A stretch of DNA of 64,000 bases. It comes from Firmicutes bacterium CAG:345 (lineage in GTDB: Bacteria > Bacillota_I > Bacilli_A > RFN20 > CAG-288). Shown one piece after another: positions 49,122 through 59,637 of the stretch (the stretch's first letter is position 1; each line of letters starts with the position of its first letter). The DNA lies in NCBI GenBank assembly GCA_000433315.1, contig FR893375.1, positions 10,718-74,717 of the forward strand, read 5' to 3'. Under the pieces are notes generated by a model. The model did no database searches, was not told the DNA's origin, and saw only the letters and a list, made by a program, of their open reading frames with translations. The translations under genes were made by a program, and so were the position numbers.

Positions 49122-49150
49122 TTGCAAAATAATATCTTAACTGATAGAAT
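49122..49150 (+). promoter_or_regulatory. Sigma-A promoter for the tRNA pair.
   Basis: TTGCAA, 17-nt spacer, TAGAAT. The tRNA 5' end lies 12 nt downstream. Confidence 0.6.
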
Positions 49151-49161
49151 TAAACATGCGC

Positions 49162-49237
49162 GGATGCTTAGCTCAGTTGGGAGAGCGTTTCTTTCACACG
49201 GAAGAGGTCACAAGTTCGATCCTTGTAGTGTCCACCA
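49162..49237 (+). tRNA. tRNA-Val (anticodon CAC).
   Basis: Manual cloverleaf. Acceptor GGATGCT/AGTGTCC with two G-U pairs. D-arm GCTC-AGTTGGGA-GAGC. Anticodon loop TTCACAC. T-arm ACAAG-TTCGATC-CTTGT. Encoded CCA. 76 nt. Confidence 0.7.
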
Positions 49238-49252
49238 TAAATGAAAGCAATT

Positions 49253-49328
<76 letters not shown>

Positions 49329-49343
49329 TTAAGAAAATATAGC

Positions 49344-49370
49344 TGGTACTGCAAAGTATCAGTTTTTTTA
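49344..49370 (+). terminator. Rho-independent terminator of the tRNA operon.
   Basis: ctggtact-gcaa-agtatcag (8 bp including one G-U, GNRA loop) followed by ttttttt. Confidence 0.75.
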
Positions 49371-49673
49371 TTATCACGCTTTTCTGAATGCCATATTTTC
49401 AAAAATGACAAATAAATTCCTATTTAAATTCTAAAATATGTAGAATTAAAAAATAATAGGTTGTATAATTTGTACATAGTTAATGATTACGAAAAAATTA
49501 GCTATATGAATGCAATTGGATACTATTTTTTGTATATATGCAACTTCTTATAACTAATCTACATTTTTTTATTTAAATCATAATAAATAAATGTAGATTA
49601 GATAATTAAATTATATTATTTATTCTAAGAAAATCTTTTATATGTATATGTTGCTTTATGTAAAGGAGAAAAA

Positions 49674-50543
49674 ATGAATAACAAAATCGCTTTTATAGTA
49701 GACTCTACAACTATTGTCCCTGAAGAATTTGTTCAAGCCTTCCGATATGAACAAGTTTCACTCCATGTAATGATTGAAGGAAAAGAAGAAAGAGAATTAG
49801 ACCTAAAAGATGAAGACATTATTTCACGCTTGGAAAGCACAAAAAATTTAAAATCTTCTTCCCCTTCTACCGGTGAATTTCTCTTAGCTCTAGAAAAATT
49901 ATTTTCTGAAGGATATGAAGACATTATCATTATGACCATGTCAAAAGAAAATTCTACAACCTATAATGTCGCAAATATGGCTATTGATTCTTTAGATGAT
50001 GATCAAAAAAATCATGTATATAATGTTGATACCAATATTAATAACTACGGAATAACCAATATTTTAATAGCCCTTTCCTATTGGAGAGATAAAGATATCT
50101 CCGGAAAAGATTTAGCAGCTAAAGCTAATATTTATTGCCACGATTCCCACCTCGCTTTTACTCTTTTAGATTTAGTACATCTTTTTAGAGGTGGTAGACT
50201 TTCAAAAATTTCTTGTGCAATTGGTCTTTTATTTAAAATAAAACCAGTAATTGAAATGATTGATGGAAAATTAGAATTAACTAAAAAAGAAAGAGTTACA
50301 CCAAAAATCATTTCCTACTTTATGAATTTTATAGAAGAATATTCCAAAAAATATAAAAAAGTCTATTTAAGATTTGCCTATCTTGGCCCAAATAAAGAAA
50401 ACATCGATAAAATGGAAAAGATGGTAAAAGAAAAATATCAAAACATATCGATTTCAACGATTGATAGAGTTGGCCCAGTCTTCCTTGTTCATCTAGGAAA
50501 CGATGGCTTTGGAATTAGTATTACAGGTGTAGATGATCAATAA
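49674..50543 (+). CDS. DegV-family fatty-acid-binding protein.
   Basis: IAFIVDSTTIVPEEF and SSSPSTGEF motifs. 289 aa. Confidence 0.85.
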   Translation: MNNKIAFIVDSTTIVPEEFVQAFRYEQVSLHVMIEGKEERELDLKDEDIISRLESTKNLKSSSPSTGEFLLALEKLFSEGYEDIIIMTMSKENSTTYNVANMAIDSLDDDQKNHVYNVDTNINNYGITNILIALSYWRDKDISGKDLAAKANIYCHDSHLAFTLLDLVHLFRGGRLSKISCAIGLLFKIKPVIEMIDGKLELTKKERVTPKIISYFMNFIEEYSKKYKKVYLRFAYLGPNKENIDKMEKMVKEKYQNISISTIDRVGPVFLVHLGNDGFGISITGVDDQ

Positions 50544-50548
50544 AAAAA

Positions 50549-51628
50549 CTATATTTCAAAATCACCTTTTTTAATAATTCCTAGTTTTCTAAATAATAAA
50601 TCAAATAAGAAAACTAAAATTATTGGAGCTATAAAATGAAGAACTAAAATTCCAATATAAGCCATAGGATTATTATATCCCATACTCTCTAAAGTTCCTA
50701 ATTGTCCAACAAGTCCACACGTTCCCATTCCAGCACCTGCAGGTGTAGATGTCATTTTAAATACTGCTGTTGAAATAGGGCCTAAAATAGCACTTGTTAA
50801 TATAGTTGGAAGCCAAATAACTGGCTTTTTTAATATATTTTTAAATTGAAGCATTGAAGTCCCAATTCCAATAGATATAACTTTTCCAATATTGTTATCT
50901 CTGATAGATTGCACAGCAAATCCAATCATTTGCACCGAGCATCCGACAACCGCTGCACCACCAGGAATTCCTCCAAGTGATAAAGCTATTGCTATAGCTG
51001 CTGAAGAAATAGGAGCAGTTAAAGCCATTCCCATAATTACAGCAATAACAATTCCCATTGGAATTGGAGCATATTCTGTTGCAGTATTAATAAGCCATTG
51101 AATTCCATAAATTATCTGATTCAATGGAAATTCTAATGCACACCCAACAGCATATCCAATTATAATCATAAAAAATGGTATTAAAAGAATATCGACTGGT
51201 GTTTTTTTCTTAAAAATCAAACGATATATTTCTATAGCAGCAATTACAGCAAAATAAATTAATAAAGGATTATTATTCGCCTTGCCACCAGTAAAACTAA
51301 TAGAAGCACTTAACGCCCCAACAGCAGTCGCAGCAATTACTGGGAGTGGTTCTAATTTCAATGCTAATGCAATACCACATCCAATTCCAGGAGCCATCAA
51401 CCCCTGTAAAATGCTTCCGATATTAATAATAAAATCAACATTAGATAATTGGCCTATCTGCTTTATTATCGTGCCCACAATAAGCGTGGCAAAAAGACCA
51501 TAAGCCATCCCATTAGTCGTTTTTATCACATAATTTAATATTTTCTTTCCTAACTCTTTCCAATTTATTTTCTTTTTTGAAGAAAGATTTTGGTCATTAT
51601 TCTGTTCTATTTGTTGTTTTTCTTCCAT
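50549..51628 (-). CDS. Polytopic membrane protein, possibly a PTS-EIIC-like transporter.
   Basis: A Lys-rich N-terminal cytoplasmic tail, then about 10 Gly/Ala/Ile-rich TM helices. No firm motif. Confidence 0.35.
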   Translation of the reverse strand: MEEKQQIEQNNDQNLSSKKKINWKELGKKILNYVIKTTNGMAYGLFATLIVGTIIKQIGQLSNVDFIINIGSILQGLMAPGIGCGIALALKLEPLPVIAATAVGALSASISFTGGKANNNPLLIYFAVIAAIEIYRLIFKKKTPVDILLIPFFMIIIGYAVGCALEFPLNQIIYGIQWLINTATEYAPIPMGIVIAVIMGMALTAPISSAAIAIALSLGGIPGGAAVVGCSVQMIGFAVQSIRDNNIGKVISIGIGTSMLQFKNILKKPVIWLPTILTSAILGPISTAVFKMTSTPAGAGMGTCGLVGQLGTLESMGYNNPMAYIGILVLHFIAPIILVFLFDLLFRKLGIIKKGDFEI

Positions 51629-51753
51629 ATGTCCCTCATTTTCAAAAAAAATTATAAACTTTATCTATTAATAAGTATATATTTATTATCTATTATTCAA
51701 AAAAAGTGTTGAGTAATAGAATAATATTTCTATCTTTCAACACAATTTATAAA

Positions 51754-52608
51754 TTATTTTGTATGAACAATATATGAGGTTACACCAAGAATTGTCTCAC
51801 CATCAATTTGAAGTGAACGAGGTGAATTAAATTCAACTTTGATTGTGTTTCCAGAAAATATTGAAACATTTTTCTTATATTTAACATGTTCACCTTTAAA
51901 TATTTTAGAAAATATAATCAACGTTTTTAATCGACTATACCCATGCATAACCATACAAGAAACTTTTTTATCACTAGAATTACGATCTTGAAGCGGAGTA
52001 ACTTTCATACCTCCACCATAATATTTTCCCTTCATAGTAGGAGCGAGCCAAGCTTTTTTTATAGTAACAGGTTTATTGTCATCAACTGTAACAGTTGCTG
52101 TTGTGCTCTTATAAAACATTAACATTCCTTTAATGGCAATAGAAGCATAATTAACATTTTTAGTTGATGCTCTTTGAATTTCATCACCTTTTTCACAGCA
52201 ATAACCATCTATTCCAAATCCAACACCATTAATAAAGCGATAATCTTTTCCTTTAACAGTTACTATTGGTAAATCCTTGATAAATTCATTAATTCTTACT
52301 GCTCTAGAATCTTCAAAATTTGCTACATCAGTATAAAAATCATTTCCAGATCCAGAAGGACAATAATCTATTTCACATTTAATATCAAGATTACCTATTT
52401 CATTGACGAAATGATTAAGTGTTCCATCGCCACCTGTTAAAATTACTTTATCCTCTATACTTTTTTCTTCTAAATATTTTTTCAAATCAACAATTTTTGT
52501 CAAATCTTCGAAAACGGAATCACTAGAAATTTTACCTTCTAATGCTTTTCTAGAGTTTTCTTCACCTTTATGATTATTAGCTAATGAATTAAAAAGAACG
52601 TATGTCAT
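51754..52608 (-). CDS. Diacylglycerol/lipid kinase catalytic-domain protein (DagK/YegS family).
   Basis: VILTGGDGTLNHFVN (GGDG motif). About 284 aa. Adjacent to plsC. Confidence 0.75.
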   Translation of the reverse strand: MTYVLFNSLANNHKGEENSRKALEGKISSDSVFEDLTKIVDLKKYLEEKSIEDKVILTGGDGTLNHFVNEIGNLDIKCEIDYCPSGSGNDFYTDVANFEDSRAVRINEFIKDLPIVTVKGKDYRFINGVGFGIDGYCCEKGDEIQRASTKNVNYASIAIKGMLMFYKSTTATVTVDDNKPVTIKKAWLAPTMKGKYYGGGMKVTPLQDRNSSDKKVSCMVMHGYSRLKTLIIFSKIFKGEHVKYKKNVSIFSGNTIKVEFNSPRSLQIDGETILGVTSYIVHTK

Positions 52609-53469
52609 TTAAACCTCCTTTTCGTTTTTTAAATCTTCATCTATAATATTTCTTACTTTTTCAGATAATTCTATAGTATTCATTGTTCGAATATCATCAT
52701 ATAAAACATCGATGATATCCATCTCTACAATTGTTCTTTTAAAAGGAAAATTTTTATGAATTTTTTCAGTATTCTTCATGCTGACAATAACTATTGGTTT
52801 TTGTGCCACTGTAGCAATTTTAAAGCTTCCTGGTTTAAATTCTCCTAATTTACCATCTAACGATCTTGTTCCTTCAGGAAATATACCTATATTAGTAATA
52901 TTATTTTCTAATAAATCAATAGCTTTATAAATAGTTTTAATACCTTCTCTTAAAGATTCTCTATTCAATTTTAGATATAAATTTCTATTCATATATCTAT
53001 TTCCAAAAGGGATTTTAAAATTCGAAGGCTTAGAAATATAAGCGATATTATAATCTTTTAGTACATAACTTTGGATCATATTGTCAAATTTTGAACGATG
53101 ATTGCTAACCAAAAGGAAATGAGTATCTTCAGGCATTTTCTCTAATCCTTTAACCTTTATAGTAATTCTACCGCAACCTATTAAACAGCTATATCCCAAA
53201 TTGAACATAAAATGATAAAACTTACTTATAGATTTATATTGTTTTGTTTTAGAACATGTAAATGACATTCCAAAAACAAACAAATATAAAAGTATCCATA
53301 ATCCAGCAAAAGTAATAACAGGAGTTAAAATTATCCACCACCATGAACTCCAATTATATAAGCTTTCTACTATTAGTATAATAATTGAAGAAATAATTGA
53401 AAGCGAATCAATTATTATCGAAGCAATGGAATGAATAATTTTAATTTGACTATTATTTTGTGTTTTCAT
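52609..53469 (-). CDS. plsC: 1-acyl-sn-glycerol-3-phosphate acyltransferase.
   Basis: N-terminal TMs. LVSNHRSKFD (HxxxxD) and FPEGTRS motifs. Confidence 0.8.
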   Translation of the reverse strand: MKTQNNSQIKIIHSIASIIIDSLSIISSIIILIVESLYNWSSWWWIILTPVITFAGLWILLYLFVFGMSFTCSKTKQYKSISKFYHFMFNLGYSCLIGCGRITIKVKGLEKMPEDTHFLLVSNHRSKFDNMIQSYVLKDYNIAYISKPSNFKIPFGNRYMNRNLYLKLNRESLREGIKTIYKAIDLLENNITNIGIFPEGTRSLDGKLGEFKPGSFKIATVAQKPIVIVSMKNTEKIHKNFPFKRTIVEMDIIDVLYDDIRTMNTIELSEKVRNIIDEDLKNEKEV

Positions 53470-53665
53470 AAATAAATTATACTTCTTATTTTTTGGTTAA
53501 ACAATAAAAAAGAATTTTGTTCTTTTTTGTCACATTTTTTGAAAAAACATATTTTCAGCAAAGACAAAATTTTTTGTCAAAATTTAATTTTTGTATACAT
53601 AGCAAGCTATCTAAGAATTACATTCTATGTTAATATATTAAAGATATATAGAAACGGAGGAACTG

Positions 53666-54562
53666 ATGAAAAAATTTTTTTCTAATTTTTTAAAGGAACT
53701 TAAAGAACTAAGTTGGGTTAATTTTTTAGCATTATTTATAGCTGGTATCATTAATTCTGTTGGAGTAACTATGTTTTTGCAGCCAGTTTCTCTTTACGAT
53801 AGTGGCATATCTGGTACTTCAATGTTTCTCGATCAAATAACTCCAGAATTTTTAACATTGTCTTTGTTTTTAGTTTTATTAAACGTTCCAATTTTTATAT
53901 TTGGATTTAAAAAACAAGGAGCTTGTTTTACTGTATATTCTCTTTTTACTGTTATAATTTATTCTCTAAGTGCTTGGTTGATAACTGACGTTCTTCCAAT
54001 TGACGTATCTACTTCTTCTCCAGTTGCTGGAAATGATTTACTTTTATGCGCTATGTTTGGCGGTATTCTTTCTGGTATTGGATCAGGTTTAGCTGTACGC
54101 TTTGGAGGCGCTATGGATGGTATAGAAGTTTTAGCTGTAATTTTTAGCAAAAAACTAGGAATAACTGTCGGAACTTTTGTTATGAGTTATAACCTTATTC
54201 TTTATATCATATGTGGAATTGTCGTCCAAAGTTGGACGTTGCCATTATATTCAATAATCACTTATCTTTGCGGATTAAAAACAGTAGACTTTATCGTCTA
54301 TGGTATCGATAAAAATAAGGCCGCTATGATTGTTACAACAAAAGATCAAGAAGTTGCCGCTGAATTATCCAAAACATTTAGAGGTCTAACAATTATCCCA
54401 GCCAAAGGCTATTACTCAAATACTGATAGAAAAATAATTTACATCGTTGTCAACAGATTTCAAGTTATTAAAATGAAAAACATCGTTCATACAATAGATG
54501 ATAAAGCATTTATCACTATTTCCGATGTTACTGATATTTTTAAAGCTAATATTGAAAAGTAG
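53666..54562 (+). CDS. yitT: YitT-family membrane protein (DUF161 plus a C-terminal DUF2179).
   Basis: FIAGIINSVGVTMFLQPVSLYDSGISG and duplicated TM repeats. The C-terminal soluble domain ITISDVTD fits DUF2179. Confidence 0.75.
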   Translation: MKKFFSNFLKELKELSWVNFLALFIAGIINSVGVTMFLQPVSLYDSGISGTSMFLDQITPEFLTLSLFLVLLNVPIFIFGFKKQGACFTVYSLFTVIIYSLSAWLITDVLPIDVSTSSPVAGNDLLLCAMFGGILSGIGSGLAVRFGGAMDGIEVLAVIFSKKLGITVGTFVMSYNLILYIICGIVVQSWTLPLYSIITYLCGLKTVDFIVYGIDKNKAAMIVTTKDQEVAAELSKTFRGLTIIPAKGYYSNTDRKIIYIVVNRFQVIKMKNIVHTIDDKAFITISDVTDIFKANIEK

Positions 54563-54606
54563 AAAAATATAAGATTGAATTTATTATTTTATTAAAGAGG
54601 AGTACT

Positions 54607-55308
54607 ATGTCTTATATAGAAATTAATAACGTTTGCAAAGAATATAAAAGTGGCGATAATACCATTAAAGCTCTAGATAACATTTCTTTTTCTATCGATA
54701 AAGGAGAATTTGTTATCATTTTAGGCTCTTCTGGTGCTGGAAAAACTACATTGCTAAATATTTTAGGAGGTATGGATAATTTAACTTCAGGAAACTATAT
54801 AATTGATGACAAGGATATTGGAAAAGCTTCTTATAAAGAACTAGAATCGTTCAGAAGAAATGATATAGGATTTGTTTTTCAATTTTATAATTTAATGAAC
54901 AATCTTTCAGCTTATGAAAATGTTAATATCGCTGCTAGTATTGTAAATAATCCTTTATCAACATCAAAATTATTGGAAAATGTCGGTTTAACGAAAAGAA
55001 TGAAAAATTTTCCTTCTCAATTATCAGGTGGAGAACAACAAAGAGTATCTATTGCAAGAGCAATAGTAAAAAATCCAAAATTATTATTATGTGATGAACC
55101 TACTGGCGCCCTCGATAGTAAAACCGGAAAAGAAATTATTAAACTTTTACTTTCACTATGTGAAGAATATCAAACTACCATCGTCGTAGTAACTCACAAT
55201 TCTAATCTTGCTGAATTAGGAACTCGTCTAATTAGAATTGGCGATGGTAAAATTATCGAAAATAAAAAAATAGAAAATCGTAAGAAAGTTGATGATATAG
55301 TATGGTAA
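54607..55308 (+). CDS. ABC transporter ATP-binding protein (LolD/MacB-ATPase type).
   Basis: GSSGAGKTT, FVFQFYNL (Q-loop), LSGGEQQRVSIARA, LLCDEPTGALD, VTHN. Confidence 0.9.
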   Translation: MSYIEINNVCKEYKSGDNTIKALDNISFSIDKGEFVIILGSSGAGKTTLLNILGGMDNLTSGNYIIDDKDIGKASYKELESFRRNDIGFVFQFYNLMNNLSAYENVNIAASIVNNPLSTSKLLENVGLTKRMKNFPSQLSGGEQQRVSIARAIVKNPKLLLCDEPTGALDSKTGKEIIKLLLSLCEEYQTTIVVVTHNSNLAELGTRLIRIGDGKIIENKKIENRKKVDDIVW

Positions 55309-57767
55309 AAAAGAATTTATCAACATCCGCTATACTTTTTAAAGATTTGTTGAGAACTTTAAAAAAAGATTGGAAGCAATTCATCTCTATAATTTTAATT
55401 TCACTTCTTTCTACTTGTTTATTTGCCGGTTTAATTTCTAATGCTAATAAGCTTGAAAAAAGAGCAAATAATTTATATTCTTCATGCAATTATGCTGATA
55501 TATATGTAACTACTAATAGCTATGATAAAAAAGATATTATAAATTTGCCTTCACAAATTGAAGAAATTGAAACTATAGAAAAAAGAACTTATATGCCTGT
55601 AGATTTTAAGAAAAATGGCATAAATATAATTGTTTCAGACTCAGAAAATACATTATCTCATCCAATCCTTATTTCCGGTGAATATGGCTATCTTGCTATG
55701 GGAAAATTTTTACAAAGTGAAAATTTAAAAATAGGCGATTCTTTTTCTATAACTTGTAACAATTTCTTAAAAAATTCACTTTTAGAATATAGTAGGATAT
55801 TAGATAATTTAAAGACAAATGACACTAATATTTTGTTGGAATCAAAAATTAATTTCAGTATAAAAATAACCGGAGAAATGTATCATCCAGAAGGGGTACA
55901 AAATTCTTCTTTTTCTTCATCATTAGGATATATGTCTCCTGAGTATTTAAAAGAACTAATTTTAAATTTGATAAAAAATAATTATAATTATGATTCTCTT
56001 GATGGTTTAATTAGTCTATTCATGGGTTCTTCTTTAGAAGATCTCATTTCTTCCAAGTTAGACTCATTTTCTAATCAATATTTAATAAAAGCAAAAAATT
56101 CCCTCAGTAACGACAATACTTTAGAACAAATTAGACAATATTACGAAAACAAAAAAGAAAACAATTTAATGTTAGCCACCGAAAAAGAATATCTTGAATC
56201 CTACCAAATGTTGAATCAAGATGTTACTCAAGCAGGAAAATTACCATATGTTTTCCCAATAATTTTCTTTTTAGTATCCGCCTTAATCATTTTAACAACA
56301 ATTACACAAATAATAATTAAACAAAGATCACAAATTGGATGTTTAAAAGCAATTGGGGTCCCTCGAAAAAATATCTACATTCACTATATGGGAATAGGAA
56401 CTTTTTTAACTCTTTTTGGATCACTTCTTGGAATGATATTGGGGCCAATTATTATTCCACCTGTTCTTGAAGTTAAATACAATTTACTCTGGGATTTACC
56501 AAAAACCACCACTCCTTTTTTCTCTTGGCAAGCCTTATTAATGCTTATATCAATGTTATTAATTACTATAATTTGTGGATTTTTTGTCTCACGAAATGTC
56601 ATTAAAGAGAAACCCGTAAAAACATTAAGACCAAAAATAAGCGTTGCTCAAAAACATGTACCAAATCCCAATAGTTTTTATTATAAGCATACCTCTTTGT
56701 CTTTAAAAATGGCTTTGAGAAATATTTCTAAAAGCAAGGCTAAAACAATTATGGTAATATTAGGAACCTTAGGTTGTTCATCTTTAGCTGTTTGTGGGTT
56801 TGGAATTATGGATACTTTAAATTATGGAATATTCTATGATTACAATGCCAATATCAATATGAAAATCTCCGCTGAAGGATTAGAAAATAATAAAAACATA
56901 AAAGAAGATATTTATACTATTGAAGGCGTAGAAAAAGTTGAAATTGTTTCAAGTTATAGCGCTACTTTAATTTCAGAAACATCCTATATAATTTCTCCTG
57001 TTTATCTTCTTGAAAATAACTCTTCATATTTTCCAGCTATCAACGAACATCCAGGTTTAAATATTGATAAAACTACTGCCGATAAATTAAATCTTAAAGT
57101 TGGAGATGAGATAGACATTTCTATTAATTCAAATTCTTATACCAAAAAAATCAATAGAATTTTCGAATCATCAATACTTCACGGAATCTATGATTTATCC
57201 GCTAATTATTCAGAAAATATAAGTTCAGTTCCCGTATATTACATTTATGGAAAAAAAGATATCTCCAATGATAATCTCAAAGAGAATCTTTTACAAAGCA
57301 ATTTATTTAGCTCAATAAATACTTATGATGATATGATGACTAGAGCACATGAAATCATGTCTTCAATTGAACTGATGACCGATGTTATAAAAATCTTTGC
57401 AATTTTATTATGTATTGTTGTTATCTATAATCTCTCTTCTTTAAATATCTCTGAAAGAACTAGAGATATTGCTACAATGAAGGTTTTAGGATTTAAATTT
57501 AAAAGCATTGCTTCAACATTAACAATAGAATTGATGGTTGATGCTGTTATTGGAGGTCTTCTCGGTTTACTATTTGGTTTTCCAATGACATATATGGTTT
57601 TAAGTGTTAATATCACTTCACTTTTAACCTTTATGTATCACATTTATTGGTATTCATATATGTATGGATTTTTAGTTACCGGTGGAACTGCTTTAGTTGT
57701 ATCCTTGTTTTTAAACAAAAAAATTAAAAAGGTTAAAATGGTTGAATCATTAAAATCAATCGAATAA
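55302..57767 (+). CDS. ABC transporter permease, FtsX/MacB family with duplicated FtsX domains (821 aa).
   Basis: Two TM clusters, each followed by an FtsX-like 3-TM module (GFKFKSIASTLTIELMVDAVIGGLLG). Large extracytoplasmic domains. Overlaps the upstream ATPase stop. Confidence 0.8.
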   Translation: MVKKNLSTSAILFKDLLRTLKKDWKQFISIILISLLSTCLFAGLISNANKLEKRANNLYSSCNYADIYVTTNSYDKKDIINLPSQIEEIETIEKRTYMPVDFKKNGINIIVSDSENTLSHPILISGEYGYLAMGKFLQSENLKIGDSFSITCNNFLKNSLLEYSRILDNLKTNDTNILLESKINFSIKITGEMYHPEGVQNSSFSSSLGYMSPEYLKELILNLIKNNYNYDSLDGLISLFMGSSLEDLISSKLDSFSNQYLIKAKNSLSNDNTLEQIRQYYENKKENNLMLATEKEYLESYQMLNQDVTQAGKLPYVFPIIFFLVSALIILTTITQIIIKQRSQIGCLKAIGVPRKNIYIHYMGIGTFLTLFGSLLGMILGPIIIPPVLEVKYNLLWDLPKTTTPFFSWQALLMLISMLLITIICGFFVSRNVIKEKPVKTLRPKISVAQKHVPNPNSFYYKHTSLSLKMALRNISKSKAKTIMVILGTLGCSSLAVCGFGIMDTLNYGIFYDYNANINMKISAEGLENNKNIKEDIYTIEGVEKVEIVSSYSATLISETSYIISPVYLLENNSSYFPAINEHPGLNIDKTTADKLNLKVGDEIDISINSNSYTKKINRIFESSILHGIYDLSANYSENISSVPVYYIYGKKDISNDNLKENLLQSNLFSSINTYDDMMTRAHEIMSSIELMTDVIKIFAILLCIVVIYNLSSLNISERTRDIATMKVLGFKFKSIASTLTIELMVDAVIGGLLGLLFGFPMTYMVLSVNITSLLTFMYHIYWYSYMYGFLVTGGTALVVSLFLNKKIKKVKMVESLKSIE

Positions 57768-58415
57768 TATTTTGGTTATCTCATCTAGTAATAAAGCAAT
57801 TTTATCTTTATTTTTAGAAGATTCATTATAATCTTCATTTCCAATATTTAAAATATAATCCCGTATTTCCTCAATTAACTTTTTAAACGATACAACTAAT
57901 TTATCTTTATATTTATCCAAAAAACGATCAGAAAACTTTTCTGGCCATTTGTTCATTTCTTGTAAAGTTAATTTAATCTTATCAAAATCTTTTTCTATTA
58001 TGCTCTTTATAAATGAATTAAACAATTCAACTATATTTTTTACTTCTAAAGAAGCCGTTATCTTTAAAGGATTTTTATTTTTAAATTTATCAAAAAGTTT
58101 TTGAAGATTTTTATATTTTAAAAGTAGAACATCATTCATGTAGTCGCCAAATTTTTCAGATATAAAATAAGCCAAAATACTTTTATCAAACTCATCTTTA
58201 AATTTATTTATTTCATCATAAAAAAATTTTTTATCATAGCTATTAGGCATATTAATCACTCTTTTTTCCTTTGTAGGAATAAGAACCGGGCAATCTTTTA
58301 AATCCATTTTAAACCTATAGCTTTTATTAAACTGCACCAATTCTTCAAAAGTCAAATTATACTTTTGTGCAATATCATAAAGTGTTTCTTTTTCTTTTCC
58401 AATATATAGATTCAT
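57756..58415 (-). CDS. Hypothetical protein with an N-terminal LysM-like motif.
   Basis: ETLYDIAQKYNLTFEELVQFN resembles a LysM helix-loop. Remainder is Lys/Asp/Phe-rich with no signal peptide. Confidence 0.4.
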   Translation of the reverse strand: MNLYIGKEKETLYDIAQKYNLTFEELVQFNKSYRFKMDLKDCPVLIPTKEKRVINMPNSYDKKFFYDEINKFKDEFDKSILAYFISEKFGDYMNDVLLLKYKNLQKLFDKFKNKNPLKITASLEVKNIVELFNSFIKSIIEKDFDKIKLTLQEMNKWPEKFSDRFLDKYKDKLVVSFKKLIEEIRDYILNIGNEDYNESSKNKDKIALLLDEITKILFD

Positions 58416-58500
58416 ATTTACCTCTTTAAATTATATGAGGAATATGCAAAAACACGAATAAAAACTTTAAAAAAAAGAAAAAAATGTTATAATCAATGCA

Positions 58501-59637
58501 ATGAATACAGAAGAAAACAATCAAGAACAAAAATATTTAGATATTTATCCTATTTCCAAAGGAAAAAGAATCCTTACTTTTTTAGCTGATTTTTTTATCA
58601 CACTTATAACATCAATTTTTTTATTTAATATTATAATTTATCCAATTGGCAAAACTATTGCTAAAACAGATGAAAAGACCAATGAAATTTATACACTAGA
58701 AAAAGAAAAATACGATTTACTATACGATAGCAAAATTCTTTTTTATGATTCTGATTATAAATATAGTTATATCAACAATTTAGAAACCAGCATGAAAAAA
58801 TTCATATATTACTATACCGGTGACAATACTGATTTAGAAAATGAATTTATTCGTCATTTTTATATAGATTTGAGGAACAAAGATTTAAACTTTTTATTAA
58901 ATTTTTATAAAAATAACAATAAATCTGGCATAGAATTTTTTGATTATGACAACTTAGATTCAAATGGTCTTCCTACACTTATCGATCAATATAAAGAAGA
59001 TTTTTCTGATTATTTAAAATATCCTGAAGACAATAAAGGAACTTCATCCGAGGCCAATTATAATAAATTTTATCAAAATTTCTTTACTAATATTTATGGT
59101 AATCTTTTAAAAGATATTATAGAAAATGATTTTGAATTTCCTGGGCATGAATTATCTTATAATGAAATAGAAAAAAATATCGCCACTCTTGAAAGAAGCA
59201 ATACCTCTTTAATTACTATTTGCAGCTTTATCTCCTATTTCATCACAATAATATGTTTTTATGTTTTAATTCCATTTTTAACAAGCAGAGGAAAAACACC
59301 CGCTACCTACTTTATGAGAATAGAAAGAACCAAAAAATATAATTTAAATTTATGTGGTATTTTCGAAAAAATATCCTCTCTTATATTCTATATAATTTCT
59401 TTTATGCCATCTTTATTATTTATTTCTTTTCCAACAATTGCTTTTGCTGATTTATTTTCAAATACAGTACTTTTAGTATTATCAGGAATTACAGCAATAT
59501 ATCTAATTATTTCATTCATTGTACTTTTATTTAATAAATACAACCAAACACTATCCGATCTATCTAGTCAAACAATATTAATTGCAACTGAAGATTTAGA
59601 TTCTATTTATCGCTTGAAAGGAACTAATAATGGATAA
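58501..59637 (+). CDS. RDD-family membrane protein with a large inserted extracytoplasmic domain.
   Basis: KGKRILTFLADFFITLITSIFLF (R/D signature), TM, a ~190-aa insert, TMs, then SRGKTPATYFMRI. Confidence 0.55.
   Translation: MNTEENNQEQKYLDIYPISKGKRILTFLADFFITLITSIFLFNIIIYPIGKTIAKTDEKTNEIYTLEKEKYDLLYDSKILFYDSDYKYSYINNLETSMKKFIYYYTGDNTDLENEFIRHFYIDLRNKDLNFLLNFYKNNNKSGIEFFDYDNLDSNGLPTLIDQYKEDFSDYLKYPEDNKGTSSEANYNKFYQNFFTNIYGNLLKDIIENDFEFPGHELSYNEIEKNIATLERSNTSLITICSFISYFITIICFYVLIPFLTSRGKTPATYFMRIERTKKYNLNLCGIFEKISSLIFYIISFMPSLLFISFPTIAFADLFSNTVLLVLSGITAIYLIISFIVLLFNKYNQTLSDLSSQTILIATEDLDSIYRLKGTNNG

Noticed and set aside
50892-51503. Plus-strand ORFs 50892..51101 and 51282..51503 with Gly/Ala/Pro/Ile-rich translations.
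   Set aside because: They are antisense to the Gly/Ala-rich membrane protein at 50549..51628, so the composition is mirrored. No independent support.
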